64,000 bases of DNA from Podarcis melisellensis. Lineage: Eukaryota. The notes under the pieces were generated by a model that made no database searches, was not told the DNA's origin, and was given only the letters and a program-made list of their open reading frames with translations. The position numbers and the translations under genes were made by a program. Position 1 is the first letter of the stretch, and each line of letters starts with the position of its first letter. The stretch lies in NCBI GenBank assembly GCA_964234715.1, contig OZ174281.1; one strand, written 5' to 3'. Of this stretch, positions 50,677 through 63,607 are shown in pieces.

Positions 50677-52954
50677 GTAAGTACAGTAATTTATGTAACT
50701 TTTCAGCTCACATTTAAAAAGTTTAACAATGAGTTTTACCCATCTTGTTTTTCACTAGAAAACTATCAGGTCAAAATGGATTCTCCCTTCATCAAGCATT
50801 GTTTTATCCTCCTTATTTGTGTATGCGTGTCATATTCAGTAGATGAAATCACTTCTCTTGCAAAATGCAATGTTCCTCATATTTCGGGAAACCAGTTTTT
50901 TTTATAGGATTGCTCTACACATTAAAAAAATCAATCTTGGATGCACCGTTTTGAAAACATAGAATCAGCATTTTACAGTAAACTCAGTCCTCATCATGCT
51001 TGTAAGCTGCAGAATGTGTCCAGCCCCTTAGGTTTCTTTTACATTGCTTTCCCTTCTCAAAATTATTCTGACACTGAATCTGTTTTATAGTTTACTGAAT
51101 GCTTATCATGTCATTTCAGAAAGGTTCCAAATACACCCCCCATTGCTCATCTCTTCATGCTCAGTGCTGTACATGTACAAGATTTTACATTGCCCAATAT
51201 TTCCTGGTCTCATCCTTTCCCCAAGTTAGGTTGTGGTACTATTGTCAGTCTTCCCTGTCCCGACAGATGTATGCTTGTGCCATGAAACCAATAATGTGTA
51301 TAAAACTGAATTTGATTATTTTTGGTTAAAAAATTGTTCTTAACACCATTAATCAAGACCAACTCAATATAACGTTTACACATCTGTTCATTTTTCATTA
51401 AACAGAATAGTAATGCCTAAATTTAAATTTGAATAGGTAGTGCTTGCATTAAATTCCATGCCACACATTCATCTTGAAACAATAGATAATGCAGAATACA
51501 GTAGCATTGCAATGTTGATTCAGAGAAATTAATTAAAAAAGTAAACACTGCAATATGCAGACCCATCATTATTCAAACTGAGCAGTGTTTTATGTCTCAT
51601 TGATTATCAATCGCAGAAGATATTTCATTTAAATCAATTACAACTGCCTCAAAACTGTATTGTGGATTAGATTTGCAGAGAAACAATAAAATTGTGCACT
51701 GAACTTTCAAGAGAAAATGCTCATAATCAGTACAATTGCTGCTGCGATAGTTCAGACATTGCCCTAGCCATCTTACCTTATCTATGGCATCACACTCATG
51801 CTTTGGCATAGGTAAGCACTCTTATACCAGCAATAATATAGTCTGATGAAGTACAATACTGTTCTGTCTGCATGTATGGCTAAGAAGAGAGGCAGAAGCA
51901 GGTGCTGATCATTGAGGATAACTTAAATAACTACTAAAGAGCCAGCTGGGTTGAAACAAGCATTATGAATCTGAGATAAGATGATAATGAATATCAGTGG
52001 TTGCGGAACTGAAGCGTATCCTTGCAAGATGAGCCACCCTAGATCCTTCATATACGACACCAGTTTAACTGCCCATTCACAGATCCTGTCCATGTTGATA
52101 GTCAGCTGTGTCCACTGATAAGACTCAGTTTGCTCTAGTCTCATAGTTAGACATATTGTGGGTTATACTAGCCACCATAGTCAAACATACAGAGATATTA
52201 TCTACAAAATACATGGTTCAATAGCCACTTATGTAGGCTTATGTTAGTATAAGCATGTCTGCAACTTGAAAAGACAATGTCTCTCTTTGGGATGCAGAAC
52301 CTCTTCCCTTGGGATGACGGGACACCAGGGAGCTGCAACAATTTGATGTGTCATATACTGATAACAGGCCAGTAAACAATCATGGCTCAAGGCTTCCCAT
52401 AACAAGAGGTGGAACAAGGGAAGGCTAGATCTCTGTCTAAAGCAACACAGCTGGATAAGAGCTGAGGCAGTACAATATGTTTAGGATCAAGCTGGAATAT
52501 CCAGTGAGATACGATTTAGAGCATGTAACTGTAAACTTAGAAAAGGAGAGGGATGTCATAAAGGTATGAGAAACGCCATGCTAAAACTCAAATCCAGCAA
52601 TGAAATCAATTTCAACATACCATAGCACCTCCTTGGGGCAAGTTAAGTAGGAAACCATGCGTGCAAACATAAAGGATTCACCATATGGATCTCATTGCAA
52701 GATCTGTATAACCAGACATTTCCATTACATGTGTTTGTTAATTTTATCCATACTAATTTCTTTCATATCTATAGATGCCTGTGCCTTTACAAATCCCAAC
52801 TTGTTCCTTTTATCATTATACATATATGTTAGCTTAAGCAGCATTGTTAGTGTCAAATCACTCCATTCTGAATCCATTACTTCTGTGCTACACCCAAAGA
52901 AGAGTTTAAATCTTAGAAGAATCCCTGAAATATAGTCTCTTTGACTTTGCTTCG

Positions 52955-53335
52955 GCTACAAGCCTAGGCACATGTACCTGGGAACACACCCCATTGAACT
53001 CAGTGGGACTTACCTTTGAATAGATATGAATAGGATCACACTGCAACCTATAGTTTTATATCTACTTACCTAGGAGCAGATCCCATTGAACCTAATAGGA
53101 TCTAGAATCATTGTAAAGTTGGAAGGGACCATGAGGGTCATCTAGTTCAACCCCCTGCCATGCAAGAATCTTTTGCCCAATGTGGGGCTTGAACCCACAA
53201 CACTGAAATTAAGAGTCTCATGTTCTACCAACTGAGATTTGCTTCTGAGTAGACATCTATAGTGCTGTCCTGTAAGGCTCTAATACTAAACACACTTCCC
53301 TGCAAATGGGTTTCACTGAATTCAGTGGGACTGTT
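52955..53335. repeat. tandem array of three short hairpin repeat units (Harbinger-like MITE family)
   Basis: Three units of CAC.T.CCTGGGA...CCCATTGAAC.CA.TGGGACT...GA.TAGA.AT. The middle unit is split by a SINE. Confidence 0.6.
53103..53236 (-). mobile_element. tRNA-Lys(CTT)-derived SINE with a CR1-derived tail
   Basis: Minus strand CTCAGTTGGTAGAACATGAGACTCTTAATTTCAGTGTTGTGGGTTCAAGCCCCACATTGGGC (tRNA-Lys-CTT-like) is fused to the CR1 3' end GGGGGTTGAACTAGATGACCC...CCTTCCAACT...GATTCTA. Confidence 0.85.
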
Positions 53336-54238
53336 TATTTTATCTGTTTAATACATTTTTATGCTGCCTTCAGGGAAGTAACTGTGATTAAGTCTGTGTA
53401 TTATGTAAAACTCAATCTTTTTGCATGAAGTTCCTCTCTTTGGAAAGCATGGGAAAATGCAAATCTTTTAATGGAATAAGGATACAGAATTAAACAAAGT
53501 AAATACCCAGAGTTAAATTTAAAAGATATTTATTTATCAAACCATTTATTAAATGGGCCATCTCATTCAGAAGACCGATGGCCTTATCTGGGGAAGTCTG
53601 AGAACTAGACATCTCCTGCTCTTCCCCTTGCCTTTTCCATGCCCAGTCTTGACAATTTTGCATGCATTACAAAATATGTGTCACTGCACATGGAAAACTG
53701 AGGCAAAGAGGAAATGACATGCCATACACGAGAAGGAATTCAGGCATATGACTCATTGGACCATGTTGCCATATGACAAGCAGATGTCCTGACATCACCC
53801 TCAATCTATATCACAACCTTGGTTTTCCATCTCTCTCACACACCTCTCTTCTGCATTTTTTCTGGTTCTGCTACAAATGGGTGAAATTGCTGGGAAATGG
53901 ATTTTGGCTAAACATGAAGAGCAACTTCAAGCAGTTTGACTGTGGAACTAACTGCTTCAGGAAGTAGCGGCATTTAAGTAGAGGTTTGTCAGGGCTGCTG
54001 CAGTTGCATCTCACATTGCAAATCCTGCACTGTGCTGATGGTTGGCTAGATTACCCGAAAAGAACCGTCCAGTTCTTTGATTCTATCTCCCTTGTGCTAA
54101 ATTCAGGCTTATAGCAAGCCAATAGAAATCACTTTAAATGTGGATAAGTAGCAGCATGCCAAAAGTTGAATGCCATGTGTAGTAGCATATTAGGACAAGC
54201 CAAAGAGAGCTTGTACGTCTATTTCTATTTCTACGCAG

Positions 54239-54311
54239 ATATGATAATGAGGAATTGGACCCTGACATTTTGATCCTGTTCCTGCTGAAACTTCCATCTA
54301 CAAGAAGTTGA
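54239..54311 (+). CDS. candidate terminal exon start, unidentified gene
   Basis: Strong acceptor TCTATTTCTATTTCTACGCAG. The frames give (D)MIMRNWTLTF* (stop ends at 54273) or YDNEELDPDILILFLLKLPSTRS* (stop ends at 54311). No clear donor. Confidence 0.25.
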
Positions 54312-55177
54312 CTTTTTAGCTGCACATTGCTTGTAAATGCCCCCTTCTAAAAAATATTTTTAAATTAGAAATTTAATTAATGCAGCAGACTAAGACTATA
54401 TACTAATATCTGTTCATGCTGAATTGGTTTCCTTCCCACCTTTTTATGGTTGATTAATTCCTAATGGCTGTACTAACCCTATTTAAATGTACAGAACTTG
54501 TTTCTGACTAAACATAAACAGAGTGTTGCTATGAAGCTACATGCATCCACTCAAATTCTTCTTCTATAAAACTATTAAATGTGCAAGTATCCCTGTCTTC
54601 CTATGCCTCTCAAATGTGCTATCCATATTTGGCTATGCTGCTCACATGTAAAGGCTGCACTCGACCTAAGAAAGCTGGAACTAAGCTAAGTTCTGCTCTT
54701 GCGTTCCTATGCCTGTCACTGTCCATGATTTGGTGGGCATCTGAAGTCTCCTATACCTGCTTTATTTAGAACCTTGCAGAACTGGGGTTCTAGATAACAC
54801 AGGAAGCCCTCAGGAGTAGAGGAGACTCCTCGGTTCATACTTTGCCGTACAACTAGTAAAGAGCAACTGGCATAGTTATTGTTTGTATAATACACATTAA
54901 GCATCATTTTTTCTTTTGGGTGTGCTCCAGTACTTGAGTCCAATTTCTCATTCAGCATTTAGCATAGTATGTCAGCACCCTCTAGTGATGCTTTGGAACA
55001 ATACCTGTTGAGGCACAGAAGTAGTCATTTCAGGAATGACAAAGAGAAAGGTATGCATACCATGCTACTACTAAAATAGCTTTGAGGAATCAGCCATAAA
55101 AAGGTGGGAATGGAACCAATTCAGCATGAACATATCTTAGTCTGCTGCATTTAAAAAAAAAATACTAATATGCATTA

Positions 55178-55523
55178 GGTAAAGGTAAAGGGCCATTAGG
55201 TCCACTTGTGACCGACTCGGGGGTTGCGGCGCTCATCTTGCTTTATTGGCCGAGGGAGCCGGCGTACAGCTTACGGGTCATGTGGCCAGCATAACTAAGC
55301 CGCTTCTGGCAAACCAGAGCAGCGCACAGAAATGCCGTTTACCTTCCCGCCGGAGCGGTACCTATTTATCTACTTGTACTTTGACGTGCTTTTGAACTGC
55401 GAGGTGGGCAGGAGCTGGGGCCAAGCAATGGGAGCTCACCCTGTCGCCGGGATTCGAACCACCGACCTTCTGATCGGCAAGTCCTAGGCTCTGTGGTTTA
55501 ACCCACAGCGCCACTCACGTCCC
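55178..55523 (-). mobile_element. Sauria SINE, near full length
   Basis: GGTAAAGGTAAAG tail, ...AACCCACAGCGCCACTCACGTCCC head, flanking ATGCATTA repeat. Confidence 0.9.
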
Positions 55524-57757
55524 ACTCATGCATTACCCATGTTCAGTTTTTAAGACCACTAGCTGTGTCATTATTACTCATTTGTTTTATGCAGTTCAAA
55601 CTTTAAACTGTTCAGTCTGATTCAATCCCTGACATCTCCAGGTTCTAGGATCTCTTACAATAGGACTGGGAAAGAACCAGGACCCTAAATCATAGAACTC
55701 TAGAGTTCGAAGGGACTCAAAGCACCTTCAAGTCCAAACTGCTGCACTGCAGAAACCACAAGTGTTCACTGCTATCCAGAATAGACCATAGTATGCTTAG
55801 GTGTCTTCTCTTGAAGCTGTGCTTCTATTGAAAAGGCATTACATGTTCCCAGCACTTGATGTGCTGTATTTTATATAGCATCTTGACTGCTGTATCAATG
55901 CTGCTAGGATTTCTATGTGGAATGCAATATCCTAATGGGTATATGCCTGTAATATGAATGGTGCCAAATGATACAAACTGCCTCCTCCCAAACGGCAGCT
56001 ATAAAGGAGCACTCATGTAGCCTTTACAAGCCACCATTCTCCTGCCCTGACAATGTTGCTGCACCATTGCAATTATCTCTTATGAACCGTTTTATGAAGC
56101 TTCAATTCCCCACCCCCTTAAAGGCTATGGGTCCCGCTCATATGAAACACGCATTTATGTTGTGTTCAGTATTCCGGGATCCAACAAGATGAAATTGAGT
56201 CTAGTCTATAATGGTAAATAATAAGTACGGTAAATATTGACTCTTTGTTTAAAAAGAGGGCAGTGGGTATGGTTACCCTCTCATCTGCTATCCACTGTCT
56301 GGGGTGTTGGAGACCATTGCATAAGGTTAAAATTTAACTGAGGGTATGCTTTCCCTAACTGGCTAAATAAGCCCTTGGTGTTTAGATAAAACATTATAAA
56401 TCATATGTTCATATACCTAGGATACATGCTGCTTGCTTCAAGTGATCTTCATTTTCGAACGACCTACCTCTTTGCTAATTCTTAAGTTGTTTTTGTTCCA
56501 CAATGGCAGAATGCACCAGCAAAATATCTACGTTCAGCACAAGTGCTGTTGCTTATGGAACTAAATAGAATTGCTCTGACCTTGAGCTTTGTGATTACTA
56601 ACAACATTCAAAATCAATAGGAGAGTGGGTAGCCGGATACTATAGCTTAGAGGAGCCAATCAATAAATCTTAAGTGAAGTCTTCATTTATCTGCTCTAAG
56701 AAACATGTTTTTGTCTAATACCAAAGTGATAAGAATGCAAACATATAATAATGACTCCTTAGTTAAAAAATATACAGATGCATTACGCTAAAAAACACAC
56801 AGCAAGATAACATTTGTAACAGTTCCAAACAGAACTTAGCTTCCAAATAATACAACAAAATATTACATCAATAGAATAATCTTATCCTTGGTGGACCCTT
56901 TGGGGTATGGTAGAATAGCTCCTATATCCCCTTGTGCTTATAGCCACAGGGTTACCCCAGCAAAAAAAATATACAAGGTTAGTGATGTCATTGCCCTCCA
57001 GGCGTACCAGCAAGGGAACAGGCCAGTACTGGAAGCATTGGAGAGAAATGAACTTTAAATTGAGTCTAGACACCAGTCCTGATGGTGTAGTGTTGGTAAT
57101 GTTAGTAAGCTCTAACATTTCCAAATAACTTCTCCTATTGTGTCCGTTCCCTCAACACAACCACAGTGGAGAGCAGGATTCATGTTAATTCTGTCAATTG
57201 TGGCACAACATCTGGGCTACATGAGGGTCAGGCTTAGTGGCAGATGGAACTGTTAGGCCATAAGACAGAGAGACCAACACTAGGTGGAGCCACAGCCAAT
57301 GACAGGCAGACCCCACTAAGCTACCTCATTCTTTTTCTCAATTCAGATTGAAGCGGCTTGAGGAAAATGCATAAAAACACAGTATGAAACAAGATGATAG
57401 GTACATGATAGATATGGATTGTGGCTAATAGCGTGGGTAAACCACATCCCAAACCTGCTTAGTTCTGCAAAGGCCAAACAGAGACTAAGTAGGAAGAAGC
57501 TGACAGAGAGTGCCACTACCCGCTAGACCAAGAAAGGCATGCCAGATGCGCGTGTATGGGAAGAGGTTGTTCAGCCAACAGATGGGTCAGTAGACTCCTC
57601 ACCTTCCTCCACACCTCTGTTTCCTAGAGCCAGGAGGCGCTTGAAGCAGGAAGAGTAGCAATGTGAAGGCAAAGTTTCGGGTTACAGGCACACATCGCAT
57701 ATGGGGAGGGTATATAAACCAGCCAGAGGTTGGGGTCTCCCTGTTGCAACTGCTCTA

Positions 57758-58011
57758 CAGTCGTACCTCGGGTTAAATATGCTTCAGGTTTAGCATTTTC
57801 AGTTTACGCTCCGAAGCGACCCGGAAGTAAGGGAACACATTACTTCCGGGATTCACCGCTCGCGCATGCGCAGACACTCAAAATGACGTCACGTGCATGC
57901 GCAGAAGTGGCAAAACGCAACACACGCAGATGTGCAGACGGGTTTTACATTCTACTCAGGATGCGAATGGGGCTCCGGAACGGATCCTGTTCACATCCAG
58001 AGGTACCACTG
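57758..58011. mobile_element. Tc1/mariner (Tigger/pogo-like) MITE, different subfamily
   Basis: TA-CAGTCGTACCTC...GAGGTACCACTG-TA. Internal inverted CCGGAAGTAA / TTACTTCCGG. Confidence 0.85.
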
Positions 58012-58038
58012 TACAGGGCCTAGACCTGTTGACTAGAG

Positions 58039-58174
58039 CAGTGTTTCCCAACCTTGTGCCTCCAGCTGTTTTTGAACTACAACTCCCATCATCCCTGACT
58101 AGCAAGACCAGTGGCAAGGGATGATGGGAATTGTAGTCCAAAAACAGCTGGAGGCACAAGGTTGGGAAACACTG
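58039..58174. mobile_element. hAT-Charlie-like palindromic MITE
   Basis: Near-perfect inverted arms of about 58 bp, CAGTGTTTCCCAACC... / ...GGTTGGGAAACACTG. Perfect 8-bp TSD GACTAGAG. Confidence 0.92.
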
Positions 58175-58837
58175 GACTAGAGACTAGAAGCATGGGTGTT
58201 TGTATATGGAGCACTGTGGAAGCTGCTGTAAGTGGGGGTTTTTGTTGATAAAGAGTTAACTATCAGAAGTGTGTCTTCCTTGGATCGGGAGGGCCAGGAC
58301 AATAAAGCCAGTAACTGTAAGTGATTATTCCAATCTAATTCACCCAAGCTGCAATGTCTGCAAATACTAATGACATAAAACATATCTTCTTGTAACAATC
58401 CTCAAAACATTAGCAGAGGAGGAAGAAACTGGGATCTTTGCAATAGGAAAAAGGCACTATGTTCTCCCGTCTTGCTCCTATATTGAACTAAGAGCCTTGC
58501 ATTATGTTCAAAGGATGGGTAAAATCTATAACACGTGGGTCCTGCAGCAAAATTTTGCAGCGTGGAGTGTTTTCTGTTGAGGATTCTAGCCACTATACCC
58601 CATTCCTCTATTTAGGGGTTATTTTCCCTCTTAGGGGTTTTTCCTCCTAAATATCTTTTTACTTCTGCAAACCTCAGGATTCCCCCAAGCCTGCTCATAC
58701 CTTGATCTTGCACATGAGTTGTGCTTTTTTGGCAACATAAGCAATGACACCCTCCCCATGAAGACCATGTCACAGGGGAAACCCCCGCCCCATCATTCAG
58801 TTTGTACAAACTCCACACACAACATACACTACGCTTC

Positions 58838-59377
58838 TGTTATAAATTCATAGAAAATCAACCATACATCGGATCTGCACTGTTCCACTTTTATTTTACT
58901 CCATGAAGGAAGGACTACAAAATGGGGAAGGACTTGCATATGGGAGTGGATTCAACACGGACTGGAACAAAGGACAATGATCAGATCTTCCCTCTGGGGG
59001 CAGGAAACTGCCAACTCCCTTTTGTCCTCTGGAAATGACTCATGGGGAGGGGGAGAGGAGGAACCAGCCAGGTGACAAGATACTCAGGTTACCTCCACAA
59101 CTCCTCCCTCAACCCCTCCTTTTTGTGATGTGTCAATGATGTAGTCATCATGTAATTGTGATGTAGTTCTAGGGGTGTAGTTTGGGGGATTAGTTTGGGG
59201 GATGGAGTCTTCTTTTGTTCTGTGCTTCCATTTTGTTTCCACCTGGTGGCAGATGGGAGTCCTGTCACGACAGTCTTCAATAAAGACCAAGCCTACTGGC
59301 TGCTGTTTCGCTCTGGTATTCCTGGCTGGTGTCCTTGTTTTTTTGTCCAAGGGAGCCCTCGGATTTCTCCATTAACA
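58838..59377 (+). mobile_element. possible solo LTR
   Basis: TGTTA...TAACA termini, AATAAA at 59279 followed by a GT-rich U5-like tract. No TSD seen. Confidence 0.35.
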
Positions 59378-60008
59378 ACTGGAACTAGAGCAAATAGCCA
59401 TTTCCTACCTTGGGGCTCTTGCCTAGTCCTCAGCAAGTAAGATGTAAGGATGGGTGCAAAAGGCACTAGCCAACTGGGCATAGGTTAATCAATATATTGT
59501 GTCTTTTAAAAGACTGTATGTCCCTTCAGAATGCCAATGCCATTATATGAATTTTACTCAGACTCCTCCGTTCAGCAAGGGAGATGTGTGTGCAGAAGAA
59601 ATTTTCTACATGCAGATTCCTCTTTCTCGAGGGGAGTGCTTGTGCAATGAAGTGCTGTGCACGTAAGGTCTCTTACCTGGATACCCACATTGAATAACTG
59701 AGGACTGCCTCCTTCAAAATTAGTTTGGGGTACTGTTAGATACCATTATGACCCTGGGCCCAAGTGCCTCCTGTGGTATGAGGCACCTTGTGTCTGCTGG
59801 TAAACCAAATGCAAGTGCTCCTGGGCAGACATAGCCTAGCCATAGTGACCATTTTATTGTAATCTTCAGATTAGGCTACTGTAATATGTTGCACATAGGG
59901 CTGCTGTTTTGTTTTGCTTTGTTTTTTAAAAACCTGATACTAAAATGTCTCTCTCTTTACAAGTGCATTTGGCCTTAATAGAGCTTCTTAAAATATGGAA
60001 CCTGAGAT

Positions 60009-60250
60009 CAGTGGCGGAGCTTCATGCTCTGGCACCAGGGGCAGAGAGACGGTGGGGGCGGGGCTGGCATGCGTCCTGGGGATGGAGTGTGCTGCCCGCA
60101 GGGGCGTGGCATGCATCCTGGGGGTGTGGTGTGGCGCCTGTGGGGGTGTGGTGCCCAGTGCGGGGGGGGGGACAGCTGCGATGGCACCCTACCAGGATCG
60201 CACTGCCGGGGGCGGTGTGCTCCCCCCGCACTCCTCTCTCTCCGCCAGTG
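60009..60250. mobile_element. hAT MITE, GC-rich
   Basis: TIRs CAGTGGCGGAG / CTCCGCCAGTG. 8-bp TSD CCTGAGAT / TCTGAGAT. Internal duplicate of GGCATGC.TCCTGGGG. Confidence 0.82.
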
Positions 60251-63094
60251 TCTGAGATTTGACTTTGTGTGTGTTAAAATAAATATAAATACATTGTTCA
60301 CCACTCAGGTGCAATTATCATGTATTCTACATACAAATTCCAAAAGTCATTTACAACACAAATTGCAGGAACCTTGATCAGCACAACCTGCACTCAGGTC
60401 CCACATGTGGGCATCTGTTGACCCACTGTGAGGACAAGATGCTGGACTGGATCAGTCTATGCTCTAAAGTTCTCCTTATGTTGTTATGTTATGCCTAACC
60501 TATGTGCTTGGAATATTCAAAATGCATACCATGTGGAACTATCTCCACATATATGGGCAGGGGGAGGACTGCAGTCTGATTTCACTGGAATCAAAGCATT
60601 AACTGTCCTTTTTTAATTCCTTCTATTTCATTGGGACTCATGTGTGCCTAACTTGTTGTATTATATTCAGAGTGGGAGTATATACAGTTCAATTTCTGTT
60701 CTTTAAAATACTAAAAAAAAACCACTTTAAAAAACTGCTACACAAATCTGCAGTTCCTGGAGTCTCCTTTTTCTTTTCTAAATTATTTGGCAGAAGTGCA
60801 AGACTTTTGGATTATGAAGAGAAAAAAATGTTAACTTGATTCCTCACAGTCTGCTGTTATTGCAGCTATTACTGATAGTCAACTGAAAACCATTAGAACT
60901 TCCCCCCTGTTCAAATTTCTGCTCAAAGCTTCGACATATATGAGTTGGTCGTATCCGACACTGAATGGTGCTACTCTATTTTCCAGACAGTTGTAGTCTG
61001 GTATACTTTGTAAAAATGGATGTGTTCTATTTCTAACTTGGCTTGAGGTCACTGTTGTGGACTTTTTTTACAGCCTAATGAAAGTTATTTCACTTTAGGT
61101 TCATCTCTGTACTACCTAGGAATACAATGAATTTATCATAAAAGTCTCCAAAGCAGCCTTCATAGCATGCTATGTGGATAATGTGTTATTTACATTTTTC
61201 ACCAAGGGAATATTTTGCTTATCATCCCTTTCTCAGTGATATGATAGCTGGAGATATTAATATTTTAAGGCCACATATGTTAGGGGTTAACAGAAGTTAG
61301 TTGCTTGGAACTATGAATGACTACAGTTTATAGTCAACAGAGTATATAAAAGCTGAGGGAGAAGCAATTGGGATTGGCAAAATGGCCCAGGGAACAGTTC
61401 TGGCCCCATGTGCCTTCCATTGCCCCCTGAAACTGGCAACTTCCTAAGGCTGCATTTCAATTTAAAATAAGTCATGGAAATCAAGTCTCATGTGACTGTA
61501 GTCTGGTGTTTGGCTTCAATGACAAAAGCAGTGGGATACTCACCATCCTTTGGAGCACTGAGTACAAACTACTTATGTCTCACCATTTGTAAATGTTTTT
61601 TAAAACCCCTTGATTTTACTTAGAAAATGCCATTTTAAACTATTTTTAATTATAGTAACAAGCATCAGAACTTTCTCTGCTAATTATGATATCTTAAAGT
61701 TTTAGAACTGCAATCCAGAATGCAATATTCTAACTTGCATTCTTTAACATAATATTGAACATACTGAAGAAAAGGCATATACATAACATTGGAGAAAGCG
61801 GAATACAAGGTCAGGGATTTGAGATCTGTGCCTTCTGTGAGAGTTAGACTTTCCCCTAGGAATCTCTCACCCATTAGTCCATGAGTCCAGCCTTACGGGT
61901 GATCTCTGAGATCAATGAGGGAGTCCACTGGAGCTGTGAACTTTTGAAAATCCTTGAGCTTAAGTATACTTTGGGTCTAAATAACTTCTATAGAGAAGGG
62001 AGTGAGGCAAGTCTGGGTCCTGCTTACAGGGAATTGATAAATAAATCTTTCTGGTAAATACAAGGATTAGTGCTCTGATCTTTCCTGCAACTATTAAGGT
62101 CAAGATGTTGGCTGTTCTTCCAGGTCACGTATGAGATAGGAACTCTACCAGGGTCATAGTTCATGGTGCCTTTTATACCAAACATTTGCCAGCTGCACCA
62201 ATACCATGATCCATAAATATAAAGCTACATAAAAAGTCCAGACTAGCACCCCAAATCAGGGCTAGTAAATTACTATCATCAGTGTAGGATGATGCAACCA
62301 GGCCTGGTTTCACTTCTCATCTTGGATGCTGATGAAATTCCAGTCCTCCCCTGGTCATGTCTAAACCTGAAATGGATATTAAGTATCTTCATTTGGAAAA
62401 GTATCCTTGTAGCCAAACTCCTTCAGAACCGATCATGCACACTGTGCAAATGGGAGACTTTAATGTATGACAAATTACTGCTTGATCAGGTCTTTTTCAA
62501 AGAGTCAAATTCCAAAGTATAGTGTTACAGCAGACCTTGCAAGAGTCAATATGCTAGAATAATTAAACTAGACCCTTAGTTCATGAAAAATATTCTAGTA
62601 GGTTTGTCAGCAACCTATGCATAGGCAGTTTTCTTTAAAGCTTATCATATTGATCTGGAATATACTTTGCAAAGGTCTAATATGTGTCTTGCTTCCTGAA
62701 GCACAGGAGAATGTAAAACAAAATGGGTTTAGCACTTAATGACATATAACAGTTCATATAAATAATATATATACATGGCCATTCTCCAATACCCAGGAGA
62801 CTGTCAGTCTAACTTTAATGTTGGAGATAACTATCTATATGTGTTCTTAGATTTATCGCTTGAATCCTAATGCATTTGCCAAAGGCATTAATATTTAAGA
62901 AGCTGAAAAATATTACATTGAGAGAAAATGAGAAAGATTTACAGTTCTTCACATAGACACAGTCACACACACATAGCATCATAGCATGATAAAGAATTCA
63001 GGAAATCATTTTCTGTAAGCAAAAGTCAGAACATGCTTTCTTTGTTAAGGTAGCAATATCAAACTACCCAGTACATAATGGTTTGAGAAGTTAC

Positions 63095-63226
63095 CGATAT
63101 CTAGAAAATCATCTGCTTCTGATAAGTTTTTAGAGCATATTTTTAGGACCGGTCTAATATTTGAAAATTCATGTTGACATTCTCTTATCTCCCGCAGCAC
63201 ACAAATAACAGACCCAGTTTCTGACA
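63095..63226 (-). CDS. candidate 132-nt symmetric (phase 1-1) coding exon, unidentified gene
   Basis: Acceptor ...ACATTTCCAG, donor TCG|GTAACT. Length is a multiple of 3, with a single open frame SETGSVICVLREIRECQHEFSNIRPVLKICSKNLSEADDFLDI. Confidence 0.4.
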
Positions 63227-63562
63227 CTGGAAATGTTTATATTCTTAAGAAATGCTTAGGCAGCTACATTTAAAGCACAAAGAACTTATTCTTAAAACCA
63301 CCTGCTTATGAGGAGCTACACTGTGCAGTGTAACACAAGATGCATTCATAACATACTGTATTTCCTAGGGGAACTATAAACAACAATTACAGGATAAACT
63401 TCACATTGCCTCATGTTGAGAAGTGTTAAGCTAAAGGCTGAGACACAAGAAGGCTTGTGTGTGAGTAACACTTGCAAGCATTTGAGAAAGATAACACTTT
63501 GCCTAGTCTATATCTTTGTGTTGAATTGAATTAAGGCACCTTTCAAGATTGAGATGATGATG

Positions 63563-63606
<44 letters not shown>

Positions 63607-63607
63607 T
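63563..63607. repeat. (AAT)n microsatellite preceded by (GAT)n
   Basis: About 14 AAT units. Confidence 0.95.

Noticed and set aside
50777-50907. Signal-peptide-like short ORF MDSPFIKHCFILLICVCVS...
   Set aside because: T-rich sequence gives hydrophobic codons by chance, and there is no promoter or splice support.
53175-53236. tRNA-Lys(CTT) gene
   Set aside because: It is 5'-truncated, CpG-decayed and fused to a CR1 tail, so it is a SINE head.
54266-54319. Protein-like FDPVPAETSIYKKLTF* with an ITIM-like SIYKKL
   Set aside because: This frame has several stops between the acceptor and the motif and would need an unsupported frameshift.
56882-57124. CFQYWP resembling the tyrosine phosphatase KCxQYWP motif
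   Set aside because: Flanking residues do not follow the PTP pattern and no other PTP exons were seen.
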